Shown here: in pieces, positions 1 to 13,570 of the stretch
How the letters are laid out: each line of letters starts with the position of its first letter
Position numbering within the stretch: position 1 is the first letter of the stretch
NCBI RefSeq assembly: GCF_044704955.1
Contig: NC_091989.1
Span: 111,352,001 to 111,416,000 of the forward strand
DNA from: Pristiophorus japonicus
Taxonomy: Eukaryota
Reading direction: 5' to 3'
Length of the DNA: 64,000 nt
The notes under the pieces: generated by a model
Database searches by the model: none
The model's input: the letters and a program-made list of their open reading frames with translations, nothing else
What the model was told of the DNA's origin: nothing
Program-made: the position numbers and the translations under genes

Positions 1-1805
1 ATACAGGCCCAATTGATCCAGTCTCTCCTCATATGTCAGTCCTGCCATCCCGGAAATCAGTCTGGTGAACCTTCGCTGCACTCCCTCAATAGCAAGAACG
101 TCCTTCCTCAGATTAGGAAACCAAAACTGAACACAATATTCCAGGTGAGGCCTCACCAAGGCCCTGTACAACTGCAGTAAGACCTCCCTGCTCCAATACT
201 CAAATCCCCTAGCTATGAAGGCCAACATACCATTTGCCTTCTTTACCGCCTGCTGTACCTGCATGCCAACTTTTAATGACTGATGTCCCATGACACCCAG
301 GTCTCGTTGCACCTCCCCTTTTCCTAATCTGCTGCCATTCAGATAATATTCTGCCTTCGTGTTTTTGGCACCAAAGTAGATAACCTTACATCCACATTAT
401 ACTGCATCTGCCCACTCACCTAACCTGTCCAAGGCACCCTGCAGCCTCTGAGCATCCTCCTCACAGCTCACACTGCCACCCAGTGTCATCTGCAAACTTG
501 GAGATATTACACTCATTTCTTTCATCTAAATCATTAATGCATATTGTAAATAGCTGGGGTCCCAGCACTGAGTCCTGCGACACCCCACGAGTCACTGCCT
601 GCCATTCTGAAAAGGACCCGTTTATCCCGACTCTCTGCTTCCTGTCTGCCAACCAGTTCTCTATCCACGTCAGTACATTACCCCCAATACCATCTGCTTT
701 AATTTTGCACACCAATCTCTTGTGTGGGACCTTGTCAAAAGCTTTTTGAAAGCCCAAATACACCACATCCACTGGTTCTCCCTTGTCCACTCTTAGTTAC
801 ATCCTCAAAAATGTTTCGAAGATTTGTCAAGCATGATTTCCCTTTGAAAATCCATGCTGACTTGGCCCAATCCTGTCACTGCTTTACAAATGCGCTGCAA
901 TTTCATCTTTAATAATTGATTCCAACATTTTCCCCACTACTGATGCCAGGCTAACTGGTCTATAATTACCTGTTTTCTCTCTCCCTTTTTTAAAAAGTGA
1001 AAAGTGGTGTTACATTAGCTACCATCCAGTCCATAGGAACTGATCCAGAGTCGATAGACTGTTGGAAAATGATCACCAATGTATCCACTATTTCGAGGGC
1101 CACTTCCTTAAGTACTCTGGGATGCAGACTATCAGGCTCCGGGGATTTATCGGCCTTCAATCCCATCAATTTCCCTGACACAATTTCTCGCCTAATAAGG
1201 ATTTCCTTCAGTTCTTCCTTCTCACTAGACCCTCGGTCCCTTAGTACATCCGGAAGGTTATTTGTGTTTTCCTTCGTGAAGACAGAACCAAAGTATTTGT
1301 TCAACTGGTCGACCATTTCTTTGTTCCCCATTATAAATTCACCTGAATCTGACTGCAAGGGATTTACGTTTGTCTTCACTAATCTTTTTCTCTTCACATA
1401 CCTATAGAAGCTTTTGCAGTCAGTTTTTATGTTCCCATGCAAGCTTCCTCTCTTACTCTATTTCCCCCCTCCTAATTAAACTCTCTGTCCTCCTCTGCTG
1501 AATTCTAAATTTCTCCTAGTTCTCAGGTTTGCTGCTTTTTCTGGCCAATTTATAGGCCTCTTCCTTGGATTTAACACTATCCTTAATTTCCCTTGTTAGA
1601 CACGGTTATGCCACCTTTCCCGTTTTATTTTTACTCCAGACAGTGATGTACAATTGTTGTAGTTCATCCATGTGATCTTTAAATGTTTGCCATTGCCTAG
1701 CCACCGTCAACCCTTTTAAGTATCATTCGCCAGTCTATTCTAGCCAATTCACATCTCATACCATCGAAGTTACCTTTCCTTAAGTTCAGGACCCTAGTCT
1801 CTGAA
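1..1805 (-). mobile_element. CR1/HER1-like LINE, degenerate ORF2 (RT) fragment; runs off the window edge and continues at 4229-4740
   Basis: ORF fragments carry CR1 RT motifs (VDVVYLGFQKAFDKVPH, SVLGPQLF, KFADDT). The sequence ...accctagtctctgaa (1805) rejoins taactgtgtcac at about 4229, as in the uninterrupted copy near 26570. Confidence 0.92.
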
Positions 1806-4228
1806 TAGAAACATAGAAAATAGGTGCAGGAGTAGGCCATTCGGCCCTTCTAGCCTGCACCGCCATTCAATGAGTTCATGGCTGAACATGCAACTTCAGT
1901 ACCCCATTCCTGCTTTCTCACCATACCCCTTGATCCCCCGAGTAGTAAGGACTTCATATAACTCCTTTTTGAATATATTTAGTGAATTGGCCTCAACAAC
2001 TTTCTGTCATAGAGAATTCCACAGGTTCACCACTCTCTGGGTGAAGAAATTCCTCCTCATCTCGGTCCTAAATGGCTTACCCCTTATCCTTAGACTGTGT
2101 CCCCTGGTTCTGGACTGCCCCAACATTGGGAACATTCTTCCTGCATCTAACCTGTCTAAACCCATCAGAATTTTAAACGTTTCTATGAGGTCCCCTCTCA
2201 TTCTTCTGAACTCCAGTGAATACAAGCCCAGTTGATCCAGTCTTTCTTGATAGGTCAGTCCCACCATCCCGGGAATCAGTCTGGTGAACCTTCGCTGCAC
2301 TCCCTCAATAGCAAGAATGTCCTTCCTCAGGTTAGGAGACCAAAACTGTACACAATACTCCAGGTGTGGCCTCACCAAGGCCCTGTACAACTGTAGCAAC
2401 ACCTCCCTGCCCCTGTACTCAAATCCCCTCGCTATGAAGGCCAACATGCCATTTGCTTTCTTAACTGCCTGCTGTACCTGCATGCCAACCTCCTCCTTAC
2501 TAGACCCTCCGACCCCTTTTATATCCGGAAGGTTGTTTGTGTCCTCCTCAGTGAATACCGAACCAATTGGTCCGCCATTTCTTTGTTCCCTGTTATGACT
2601 TCCCCTGATTCTGACTGCAGGGGACCTATGTTTGTCTTTACTAACCTTTTTCTCTTTACATATCTATATAAACTTTTGCAATCCGTCTTAATGTTCCCTG
2701 CAAGCTTCTTCTCGTACTCCATTTTCCCTGCCCTAATCAAACCCTTTGTCCTCCTCTGCTGAGTTCTAAATTTCTCCCAGTCCCCGGGTTCGCTGCTATT
2801 TCTGGCCAATTTGTATGCCACTTCCTTGGCTTTAATACTATCTCTGATTTCCCTTGATAGCCACAGTTGAGCCACCTTCCCTTTTTTATTTTTACGCCAG
2901 ACAGGAATGTACAATTTTTGTAGTTCATCCATGCGGTCTCTAAATGTCTGCCATTGCCCATCCACAGTCAACCCCTTCAGTATCATTCGCCAATCTATCC
3001 TAGCCAATTCACGCCTCATACCTTCAAAGTTACCCTTCTTTAAGTTCTGGATCATGGTCTCTGAATTAACTGTTTCATTCTCCATCCTAATGCAGAATTC
3101 CACCATATTATGGTCACTCTTCCCCAAGGGGCCTGGCACAATGAGATTGCTAATTAATCCTCTCATTACACAACACCCAGTCTAAGATGGCCTCCCCCCT
3201 AGTTGGTTCCTCAACATATTGGTCTAAAAAACCATCCCTTATGCACTCCAGGAAATACTCCTCCACCGTATTGCTTCCAGTTTGGTTAACCCAATCTATG
3301 TGCATATTAAAGTCACCCATTATAACTGCTGCACCTTTATTGCATGCACCCCTAATTTCATGTTTGATGCCCTCCCCAACATCACTACTACTGTTTGGAG
3401 GTCTGTACACAACTCCCACTAACGTTTTTTGCCCTTTGGTATTCTGCAGCTCTACCCATATAGATTCCACATCATCCAAGCTAATGTCTTTCCTAACTAT
3501 TGCATTAATCTCCTCTTTAATCAGCAATGCTACCCCACCTCCTTTTCCTTTTATTCTATCCTTCCTGAATGTTGAATACCCCTGGATGTTGAGTTCCCAG
3601 CCCTGATCATCCTGGAGCCACGTCTCCGTAATCCGAATCACATCATATTTGTTAACACCTATTTGCACAGTTAATTCATCCACCTTATTGCGGATACTCC
3701 TTGCATTAAGACACAAAGCCTTCAGGCTTGTTTTTTTAACACCCTTTGTCCTTTTAGAATTTTGCTGTACAATGGCCCTTTTTGTTCTTTGCCTTCGGTT
3801 TCTCTGCCCTCCACTTTTCCTCATCTCCTTTCTGTCTTTTGCTTTTGCCTCCTTTTTGTTTCCCTCTGTCTCCCTGCATTGGTTCCCATCCCCCTGCCAT
3901 ATTAGTTTAAATCCTCCCCAACAGCACTAGCAAACACTCCCCCCTAGGACATTGGTTCCGGTCCTGCCCAGGTGCAGACCGTCCGGTTTGTTCTGGTCCC
4001 ACCTCCCCCAGAACCGGTTCCAATGCCCCAGGAATTTGAATCCCTCCCTGCTGCACCACTGCTCAAGCCACGTATTCATCTGCGCTATCCTGCGATTCCT
4101 ACTCTGACTATCACGTGGCACTGGTAGCAATCCCGAGATTACTGCTTTTGAGGTCCTACTTTTTAATTTAGCTCCTAGCTCCTTAAATTCGTTTCGTAGG
4201 ACCTCATCCCTTTTTTTAACCTATGTTG
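1806..4228 (-). mobile_element. Younger CR1/HER1-like LINE nested in the previous copy: ORF1 esterase 3' part, APE endonuclease, internal deletion removing most of the RT, intact 3' tail
   Basis: (TTTCTATG)-type tail at 1806-1825. Endonuclease ORF 3150-3824 (LNARSI, ITETWL, MGDFN). ORF1 SGNH-like remnant (DGLHL) at 3927-4130. Junction at about 2490 skips the RT core. Confidence 0.9.
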
Positions 4229-4740
4229 TAACTGTGTCACTCTCCATCTCAATAAAGAATTCTACCATATTATGGGCACTCTTCCCCAAGGGGCCTCGCA
4301 CAAGATTGCTAATTAGTCCTTTCTCATTACACATCACCCAGTCGAGGATGGCCAGCCCTCTAGTTGGTTCCTTGACATATTGGTTTAGAAAACCATCCCT
4401 AATATACTCCAGGAAATTCTCCTCCACCGTATTGCTATCAGTTTGGTTAGCCCAATCTATATGTAGATTAAATTCGCCCATGATAACTGCTGTACCTTTA
4501 TTGCACGCATCCCTAATTTCTTATTTGATGCTGTCCCCAACCTCACTACTACTTTTGGTGGTCTGCATACAACTCCCACTAGCGTTTTCTGCCCTTTGGT
4601 ATTCCGCAGCTCCACCCATACGGATTCCAAGCTAATGTCCTTCCTTACTATTGCATTAATTTCCTCTTTTAGCCAGCAATGCTACCCCACCTTTTCCTTT
4701 CTGTCTATCCTTTCTGAATGTTGAACACCCCTGGATGTTT
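4229..4740 (-). mobile_element. 5' remainder (endonuclease region) of the CR1 LINE at 1-1805
   Basis: ORF 4221-4481 MGEFNLHIDW...PTRGLAILDW is CR1 APE; colinear with the copy at 26570-27100. Confidence 0.88.
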
Positions 4741-5967
4741 CTGAATTTGCAAGCACCAGTGGCAGAAATCCAGTACTGCAATAGTTAAAAATGAAAGTCA
4801 AGTAAAATTTGAATTTTGTTTCTAATTTGAGCTAATTTACCTTGTAAAATCCCCTAGCTCATGGTACCTGTTGTAAAATCCTCAAAATAGAGCAATGCTA
4901 CTCAATTTCTGGGAATGCTTTATTACTATAGAATAGGTTAACAAATTAAAAATTCATCTTTTTATACATTATAAATACTGAAAAAATTCGCCTCTACCAC
5001 CAATATTTTCTTCAGCTGGGATGCTCATCTTCCCAAAAAAAAAAAAAAAAAATTCTGATTGGGATAAAAGCAGTTCTGACACCGATTTTCAGTGAATGAC
5101 TAAGTGCAGGTTTGAACTGATTGTATCATTGGAGTGCCCAGACTAAACAGCTGACTGTATCCTGTGAACATGTCGGCACTCCTGCCATTTGACCAGTTAA
5201 CTTGTTGCTGCAGAAGTAAATAATTGTGTTGGTGATGCTGGAAAGTTACAGTGGTGTGTGTTGCAGCCTGATAATAAACCTGGGACAGGTGGGGAAGTGT
5301 GGTTATTGTTAAAGCATCTAATTGTAATACTGTCGGCATCTTTTATAATAATCGGCTAAGTAAAGTGGAGAAGGCTGCACTACAGTTTGTGGTAAAATTG
5401 GCTGTCAGCAATGCAAAGATCATAAAGGAGCAATGTTCATACTTTTTCTCCAAGCATTTTGGTACAAACCGTGGCGCCCCACTGTTTCACCTAAAGTTTA
5501 AATGATTATTCCTATTAATTTGCATATATTGTAAACTGCTGACGGGAACAGATCTTGGTGTTGAGCTGCTGCTAAAGTGTTCAAAAAATGCTCAATTTTA
5601 TTTTTGATGTCCTCTACAATCCTCTGATGAATTGCCAGCTCATACTACATACTGTTGTATCTGACATACAACAATTTTTAGTTACTGCCATCCAAGTTTT
5701 TATTAGTTGAGAGTCATCTAACTTGGGTTTTGGTGTGCAAGTCTTTACCAGTCCCCCATATGCCATGTCGAATTTTGTGTCCAGTAAGGTATAGATATCA
5801 GAAATAGTTTATATGGCCATAATAAAATGAACTCCGAAACTAAAACCCAAAACTAAACGGCTTAAAAGAACCACAAATGTGACAGTTTTCACAATTTGGA
5901 GATTCTATTGTCAAATAACAGTAATGGAGTTTTGTGAGTTTTAATTTTCTTGAGCTGAACTTCTGAC

Positions 5968-6648
5968 CCCATATTATCTCCCATCACTATGGCCGCCTAC
6001 TTCCACCTCTAACATTTCCCGCATCTGTCTCAGCTCATGTACTGCTGAAACCCTCATCCGTGCCTTTGCTACCTCTCTACTCGACTATTCCAGTGCTCTC
6101 CTTGCTGGCCCATCACCATACACCCTCCGTAAACTTGAGCTCATACAAAACTCTGCTGCCTGTATCCTAACTTGTACCAAGTCCCATTCACCCATTATCC
6201 CTGTTCTCACAGACCTACATTGGTTCCTAGTCCAGCAATGCCTTGCTTTTATATATTTTTAAAAATGTATCCCTGTTTTCAAATTCCTCCATGATCTCGC
6301 CTCTCCAAATCTCTAACATCCTCCAGACCTAAAACCTTTCAGATCTCTGTGCTTCTCCAAGGCTGGCCTCTTGCGCATCCCTGATTTTTATTGCTCCACC
6401 ATGGACAGCCATGTCATCAGCTGCCTTGGCCCCAAGTTCTGGAATTCCCTCCCTAAACCTCTCCACCTTTCTATCTCTCGCTTCCTTTAAGGTGCTCCTT
6501 AAAACCTTCCTCTTTGACTAAGCTTTTGGTCACCTGTCCTAATGTATTCTTCTGGGGCTCAATATTAACTTTTGTTTGATAACACTCCTGTGAAGCACCT
6601 TGGGATGTTTTACTACGTTAAAAGTGCTATATAAATGCAAGTTGTTGT
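5968..6648 (+). mobile_element. L2-clade LINE 3' fragment
   Basis: Degenerate L2 C-terminal coding (ETLIRAF..SLLDYS..LLAG; PITPVL.DLHW) and 3' end tgtgaagcaccttgggatgttttactacgttaaaagtgctatataaatgcaagttgttg. Confidence 0.8.
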
Positions 6649-7074
6649 AATTGGGTAGTTAAATCCCTCCGGAATCCACTGTGTGCTCCTGTACTATTCA
6701 TAAGATTGGCCCACATCCTCAACAAATATAATGGGAATGTCTAGGCAGATGAGAGTTGGATGAGAAATATTTGGAGACCTGCAACCATTTAGCAACTGGA
6801 TAGATGAGCAATAAATGGCATTGGAAACGGTGATGGTGATTACACAGTGATGGCCTTTTACAACTTTCAGCACTCCAAACATTTGCCGGAAAAGCATCCA
6901 TTGAGCAAAGTGCCTGGAATTTGCAATTTAAGTATCGTTTCCATGGCAATATTCCTTTACATCTAGCATTCAACAATTTTGTTGTCTATATTTTAAAAAT
7001 CAGTAATCTTCTTGATTATTTTTCACAGGCTGAATGAATGAATGGTTTTATTTTTAATTGAGACACAGTGTCGT

Positions 7075-7908
7075 AAAATATAGGAGGACGTCTAAAAGAC
7101 ACCAATGACATAGGTAAGTCGGTAAGTAACTACAAGTGTTATTTGAAAACAGTACAGCAGTATGAAAACGGGCCGGTGTTTGGATCAGTGTCGCCACATT
7201 TAGAATGCAACAGTTGCAAAGGCAGTTAGAATGTTGCAGTTTCTTAACAGAGCTGCAGGTTATAATCCAGAGGGTAATCAACACTGAAACCATGGCGTAG
7301 TTTGTCCAAATTTGATTACTGTCCTTTTGGAAAGGCTTAGACAGTTGGGGAAAAGAATCATTAAGCTTTGAAAAAAGGTAAACCTAATTGCATTGTAAAA
7401 AAAAATAGAGGAAGCTTGTTGCCTTATTAACAACATTGAAAGGAATGGTATTGGGATTTTTTTGGGGGGGGAAACAATTGGTCTGATTGTGAACGGAGTG
7501 AAGCTCAAATTAAACACACTATACTCTGAAATGTTACAACCAACTCTCCACCCCTGAAAGTATCTAGCATGTTGTTCCAGCTAAATTGAGAGTTGAGTTT
7601 TCATAGTACTTATTCTACTTGGGGTCAGCATCACTGGCCACCACCATTAAGATGTAAACAACAGCTGTATTTGTTTAGCATTGTGCAGGAATGTAAACAG
7701 TACTTGGTACAACCTGCTTACAGTAATTACAATCTTTACAGTATTCATCAGAATACCAAAGCAACAAAAACGCATCTCTTGTACTACCTTTCAACGTAAA
7801 ACTGATCCTTGCTCACTTTATACGCAGTGAAAGGCTGCCACTGAGCCAGATTTAGCTCATTCTCTCGGCTTGCTTTAGAGGTTAAGTTGGCTTTGGGTAT
7901 ATCATTAA
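7075..7908. repeat. Copy A (5' part) of a diverged local duplication; partner at 14415-15350
   Basis: Colinear shared blocks: aaatataggaggacgtctaaaag/aaatataggaagaagtctaaaag, gtgtttggatcagtgt, taatccagag, aaccatgg, ctgattgtgaacg, tacagtaattacaa, ccaaagcaacaa, tgatccttgctcactt. Confidence 0.75.
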
Positions 7909-8713
7909 ACATAGAATCACATGGTGCAATATCGGAACAGGTCATTCGGTCCAACCTGTCCGTGTCGGCGTTTACCCTCCAAATGAACCAATAGCCCTAA
8001 TTACATTGGCCCACCCTTTTCACTTTTTTTCTTTCATCTACCTATCCAATTTAATCTTGACTGCTGACATAGGTTGATTTTCTAGGGGTCAGCAGGCGCG
8101 ATCGGTGGCGGGTCGGGTGGAAAAGGTTTTTGTGGCAGCACCTTTCCCAATGTTGGGTCTGTCCATGCTGAGCTGACCCGACTGGCAACAGCAGGGATCC
8201 ATTTACAATGATTAGCATCTAGTTGTCAGATGTGCAGCAGCCTTTTTTCACTTGCCTTTTGTCTTTAACTTCATGACCACGGGATCCCCGCTGTTTGCAG
8301 ACCACGGCTGTCAAGCTGAGGCGTGAGTTCAGTAGCCATTGCTCCAGCTGATTACTTAACAGCTTCAAATGTATAGTAAAAGCTCCCACCTGACACTCAC
8401 TTTCCTCAGGCAGAAGCTTTTTCTCACTCCACAGATACTGCAGGCTTCCCACTTTCCACTCTTCATCCAGTATCACCTCTTTGGAACAATTCTCTCATCA
8501 TTGACAGAATGCTTCTTTCAACTCTACTTCACCTGCCGTCTATTCGATCAACATCGGTGCCCTTTATACTCTCTCACCTTGGTCCTCAGAATCCCATCAC
8601 GATCATCCCAAACACTAGTTGCACTAGGCAAACCAGCAGTGCCAACAACAACCAACCTTCTCTGCAATCAACTGATGCTACACAGGATAGAGGACATCAG
8701 CACCCGATCACCC

Positions 8714-10908
8714 GAGGCGTGAATTGGCTAGGATAGATTGGCGAATGATACTTGAGGGGTTGACTGTGGATGGGCAATGGCAGACATTTAGAGACCGCAT
8801 GGATGAATTACAACAATTTTACATTCCTGTCTGGCGTAAAAATAAAAAAGGGAAGGTGGCTCAACCGTGGCTAGCTAGGGAAATCAGGGATAGTATTAAA
8901 GCCAAGGAAGTGGCATACAAATTGGCCAGAAATAGCAGCGAACCCGGGGACTGGGAGAAATTTAGAACTCAGCAGAGGAGGACAAAGGGTTTGATTAGGG
9001 CAGGGAAAATGGAGTACGAGAAGAAGCTTGCAGGGAACATTAAGGCGGATTGCAAAAGTTTCTATAGGTATGTAAAGAGAAAAAGGTTAGTAAAGACAAA
9101 CGTAGGTCCCCTGCAGTCAGAATCAGGGGAAGTCATAACGGGGAACAAAGAAATGGCAGACCAATTGAACAAGTACTTTGGTTCGGTATTCACTAAGGGG
9201 GACACAAACAACCTTCCGGATATAAAAGGGGTCAGAGGGTCTAGTAAGGAGGAGGAACTGAGGGAAATCTTTATTAGTCGGGAAATTGTGTTGGGGAAAT
9301 TGATGGGATTGAAGGCCGATAAATCCCCAGGGCCTGATGGACTGCATCCCAGAGTACGTAAGGAGGTGGCCTTGGAAATAGCGGATGCATTGACGGTCAT
9401 TTTCCAACATTCCATTGACTCTGGATCAGTTCCTATGGAGTGGAGGGTAGCCAATGTAACCCCACTTTTTAAAAAAGGAGGGAGAGAGAAAACAGGGAAT
9501 TATAGACCGGTCAGCCTGACCTCAGTAGTGGGTAAAATGATGGAATCAATTATTAAGGATGTCATAGCAGCGCATCTGGAAAATGGTGACATGATAGGTC
9601 CAAGTCAGCATGGATTTGTGAAAGGGAAATCATGCTTGACAAATCTTCTGGAATTTTTTGAGGATGTTTCCAGTAAGGTGGACAAAGGAGAACCAGTTGA
9701 TGTGGTATATTTGGACTTTCAGAAGGCTTTCGACAAGGTCCCACACAAGAGATTAATGTGCAAAGTTAAAGCACATGGGATTGGGGGTAGTGTGCTGACG
9801 TGGATTGAGAACTGATTGTCAGACAGGAAGCAAAGAGTAGGAGTAAATGGGTACTTTTCAGAATGGCAGGCAGTGACTAGTGGGGTACCGCAAGGTTCTG
9901 TGCTGGGGCCCCAGCTGTTTACATTGTACATTAATGATTTAGACGAGGGGATTAAATGTAGTATCTCCAAATTTGCGGATGACACTAAGTTGGATGGCAG
10001 TGTGAGCTGCGAGGAGGATGCTATGAGGCTGCAGAGTGACTTGGATAGGTTAGGTGAGTGGGCAAATGCATGGCAGATGAAGTATAATGTGGATAAATGT
10101 GAGGTTATCCACTTTGGTGGTAAAAACAGACACAGACTATTATCTGAATGGTGACAGATTAGGAAAAGGGAAGGTGCAACGAGACCTGGGTGTCATGGTA
10201 CATCAGTCATTGAAGGTTGGCATGCAGGTACAGCAGGCGGTTAAGAAAGCAAATGGCATGTTGGCCTTCATAGCGAGGGAATTTGAGTACAGGGGCAGGG
10301 AGGTGTTGCTACAGTTGTACAGGGCCTTGGTGAGGCCACACCTGGAGTATTGTATACAGTTTTGGTCTCCTAACTTGAGGAAGGACATTCTTGCTATTGA
10401 GGGAGTGCAGCGAAGATTCACCAGACTGATTCCCGGGATGGCGGGACTGACCTATCAAGAAAGACTGGATCAACTGGGCTTGTATTCACTGGAGTTCAGA
10501 AGAATGAGAGGGGGCCTCATAGAAACGTTTAAAATTCTGACGGGTTTAGACAGGTTAGATGCAGGAAGAATGTTCCCAATGTTGGGGAAGTCCAGAACCA
10601 GGGGTCACAGCCTAAGGATAAGGGGTAAGCCATTTAGGACCGAGATGAGGAGAAACTTCTTCACCCAGGGAGTGGTGAACCTGTGGAATTCTCTGCCACA
10701 GAAAGTAGTTGAGGCCAATTCACTAAATATATTCAAAAGGGAGTTAGATGAAGTCCTTGCTACTCGGGGGATCAAGGGGTATGGTGAGAAAGCAGGAAGG
10801 GGGTACTGAAGTTTCATGTTCAGCCATGAACTCATTGAATGGCGGTGCAGGCTAGAAGGGCTGAATGGACTGCTCCTGCACCTATTTTCTGTGTTTCTAT
10901 GTTTCTAT
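8714..10908 (+). mobile_element. Young 5'-truncated CR1/HER1-like LINE; RT broken by one stop (9813-9815) and one frameshift (about 10125)
   Basis: ORFs 8724-9815, 9816-10154 and 10087-10809 give near-continuous CR1 RT (NYRPVSLTS, QHGF, YLDFQKAFDKV, GVPQGSVLGP, FADDTK, RPHLEYC); tttctatg tail. Confidence 0.95.
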
Positions 10909-11329
10909 CACATTGCTGCCAGGGATGTCTTCCCCATGGCCAGATTTACTTCACTTGATGCTGTACACCCTGGCTGCCACATGATGCACCAGGTTGGCAC
11001 CACTCCACACCAACACCATAAAGCATCCCTACAATGTCCAAGCCATTTCTTTCACACTCTCCCCCTGCATTGGTGGTAACGTTATGTCTCACTATTCACT
11101 GCAACTCACTGAGTCACTTCCAAAGGTGCATACAAATCTGTCCAAGAACGCAAAGTGTTGAAAATAAAGGTTTTAACGTGTGACACCACATTAACAGAAA
11201 CTTTACATGAACATTGCATAAAACACCCAAGTGTCTACCCTTGTGTGTTGTTAATTGATATGATTGCACTAGGATGAGTGTGCTGGGTGGCTCATGAGAT
11301 GGGGATGTGATAATATAGATAGCGAAGAA

Positions 11330-11790
11330 TAATAACTTTTATTTATATAGCACATTTAATGTAGTAAAATGTCCCAAGGCGCTTCACAACAGTGTCACGG
11401 ACAAACAGATAAATTTGACACCAAGCCACAGAAGAAATTAAGGCAGATTATCGAAAGCTGGTTTAAAGAAGAAGGTTTTAACGAATGTCTTAAAGGAGGA
11501 AAGAGAGGTAGAGGTTTAGGGAGGGAGTTCCAGAGCTTAGGGCCCAGGCAGCTGAAACCACGTCCACCTATGGTTGAGCAGTTATAATGAGGGATGTTCA
11601 AGAGGCCAGAATTTGAGGAGTGCAGAAATCTTGTGGGATTGTGAGACTGAAAAAGATTAGAGATCGGGAGGGGCAAGTCCATGGAGTGATTTGTAAACAA
11701 GGATGAGGATTTTGAAATCGAGGCATTGTTTAACTGGGAACCAATATAGGTCAGAAAGCTCAGGGGTGATGGTTGATCTTGACATGGTGC
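11330..11790 (-). mobile_element. L2-clade LINE 3' fragment
   Basis: Reverse complement of the same 3' end seen at 6200-6648 (tatatagcacatttaatgtagtaaaatgtcccaaggcgcttcac). Confidence 0.78.
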
Positions 11791-11899
11791 GGGTGGAGGA
11801 GCGAGGTAAGTTAGCGTGAGTAAGGATGTGTAGGGTAGGGAAGACCGTGAAGAAGATGTGATGAGAGGCACAGCAGAATGAGAGTACAAAGCCACACTC

Positions 11900-12130
11900 G
11901 ATAACGGTTCATGATCTACTGAGATCATTGAAACGTTTGTGGCACTACACCCAGGTTCTCCTGACCACATCCCCGCTTGTGTTCTCCTGTGCAATGTGCA
12001 ACCAGGCTGTGTTGATCTCCTGGGAGGTCTCTTCTGCCCATGGGAAGGAAAGAGGACAACCCTGTTTGCTGCGACTCCCTCCATAAGCATAAGAAGAGAG
12101 TCATGGAGAGCCTGGGTGCAGTGGTGCACC
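11900..12130 (-). pseudogene. Myb/SANT-like DNA-binding protein remnant of the Harbinger element
   Basis: MEGVAANRVVLFPSHGQKRPP, then after a frameshift AWLHIAQENTSGDVVRRTWV*CHKRFNDL; the W..C.KRFNDL pattern is typical of Harbinger Myb/SANT proteins. Confidence 0.65.
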
Positions 12131-12934
12131 TTTGTGCAGTGTTTGCAGAACCTCAGTGCTGTTGAGCACTGACCGCACAACTTTCAAAATGGACACTTTA
12201 AGGAAACCGACTGGTGATGCGCATCAAATGATGTCATCGGACCTGCTTCCTCTAATTGGCCAGGAAACACGCTAGGCAGTCTTAGCAAGCCTAATCAAGG
12301 GAAATTCATTTCACAAAGCAGCCTGGCGCCAGCAGCGGGGTCGGACCCGCCACCAGCGTTGCCCACCATGGACCCGCTGAGGTGAGCAAAATCCCAGCTA
12401 TAATTTCTGCCTCAACCGCTAACCCTGGATTTCAGTTCCACAGCCTCACAACTCTGGAAAAGTTTTACTTGCTCTGTTCTAAATCTCATATTTAATCTTG
12501 TACCTATGCCCCCTCATTCTAGATGCCTCAACCACTGGAAACAGTCTGGTTCTCTCTACCCTGCAGCATTCTTAATTTTAAACGTTCCTATCATATATCC
12601 CATAAACTGCATTATTTTAATGAAAATTATCCTTTCCTTTGTATTATTTGTACTTCCTCACACAAGGCACACAGCATCCCAGTAAATCTACATTGTACTC
12701 TCAAACCTCAATGTTGTTCTTATAGTGTGGACCCCAGTACTTCATATGGTACTCTTAAGATCTGCATGTTTTATATAGGGTTATCATTACCTCTTGTCTT
12801 TAAATTCTATATTTTTTGTGATGATGCCTAGAATTTATTTAGCTTTTTTAAAGTCATGTCAATTTGAGGTGCTATCTTTTTAATTCCCTGTCAAACCCTA
12901 CCTCTCTATCCCTAGCTCTTTCACAGTTCTGAGC

Positions 12935-13335
12935 TTGTATCTTAGCTCAGTGATAGAGCTCTTGCTTCTGAATCATAAGGTTGTGGGTTCAAGTCCCACT
13001 TGAGCATAATATCTAGGCTGACGCTTCAGTGCAGTGTAGTATTGAGGGAAGCTGCACTGACAGATGTGCCATCGTTGGGATAAGTTGTTAAACCGAGGCC
13101 CCCTTTGCCCCCTCAGTGGATGTAAAAATTCCTTGGCACTATTTGACGAAGAGCAGGTGAATTCTCCTAGTTTCCTGGCAACCATTATCCCTCAACCAAT
13201 ATCACTATAGCAAATTATCTGGTCATTTATCTCCTTGCTGCACACATTGGCTGCCACATTTCTCTATATTACAGCAACTGTACTTCATTGGCTGTAATGT
13301 CACGAGGTAGTGAAAGGCATTGCAAGTTTTTCTTG
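12935..13335 (+). mobile_element. tRNA-derived SINE, SacSINE1/DeuSINE-like
   Basis: A box tagctcagtg, B box ggttcaagtcc, core gagggaagctgcactg...aaaccgaggcccc and an L2-like tail. Confidence 0.75.
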
Positions 13336-13384
13336 TATATTGAAAGAATGGTAGATGTGTGTATCGCATAATTACTCTGGGTCA

Positions 13385-13570
13385 GTAACCAATGTCCACC
13401 CAAATACATCTGACATTGTGGTAAAGCTCAAAATACATCTCTCTGCCCATCTGTAGCCAACCAAAGTGTCAAGCTGACCAAATTGAATAGTGAGGTGACC
13501 TGTTTCTCGAGCAGTTCATCTGATGTGACCCTCTAATGTCTCGTGTAGTTTGCAGAAAGAGTCAGCAGCA
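13385..13570. repeat. Copy A (3' part) of the local duplication; partner about 15450-15640
   Basis: cccaaatacatctgacattgtggtaaagctcaaaa matches cccaaatacacttgatattgtagtaaagctcaaaa; gtgaccctc is shared. Confidence 0.65.

Larger units (their letters stand above)
8072..12399. mobile_element. Degenerate PIF/Harbinger-like DNA transposon carrying nested LINEs
   Basis: Imperfect inverted termini (ggttgattttc / aaaatcccagct), ATA direct repeat at 8069-8071 and 12400-12402, and a Myb/SANT-like remnant inside. The flanks rejoin as one old CR1 3' fragment (7909-8071 plus 12400-12900). Confidence 0.6.

Noticed and set aside
12940-13005. tRNA gene
   Set aside because: The A/B boxes belong to a SINE head followed by SINE core and tail; there is no intact cloverleaf.
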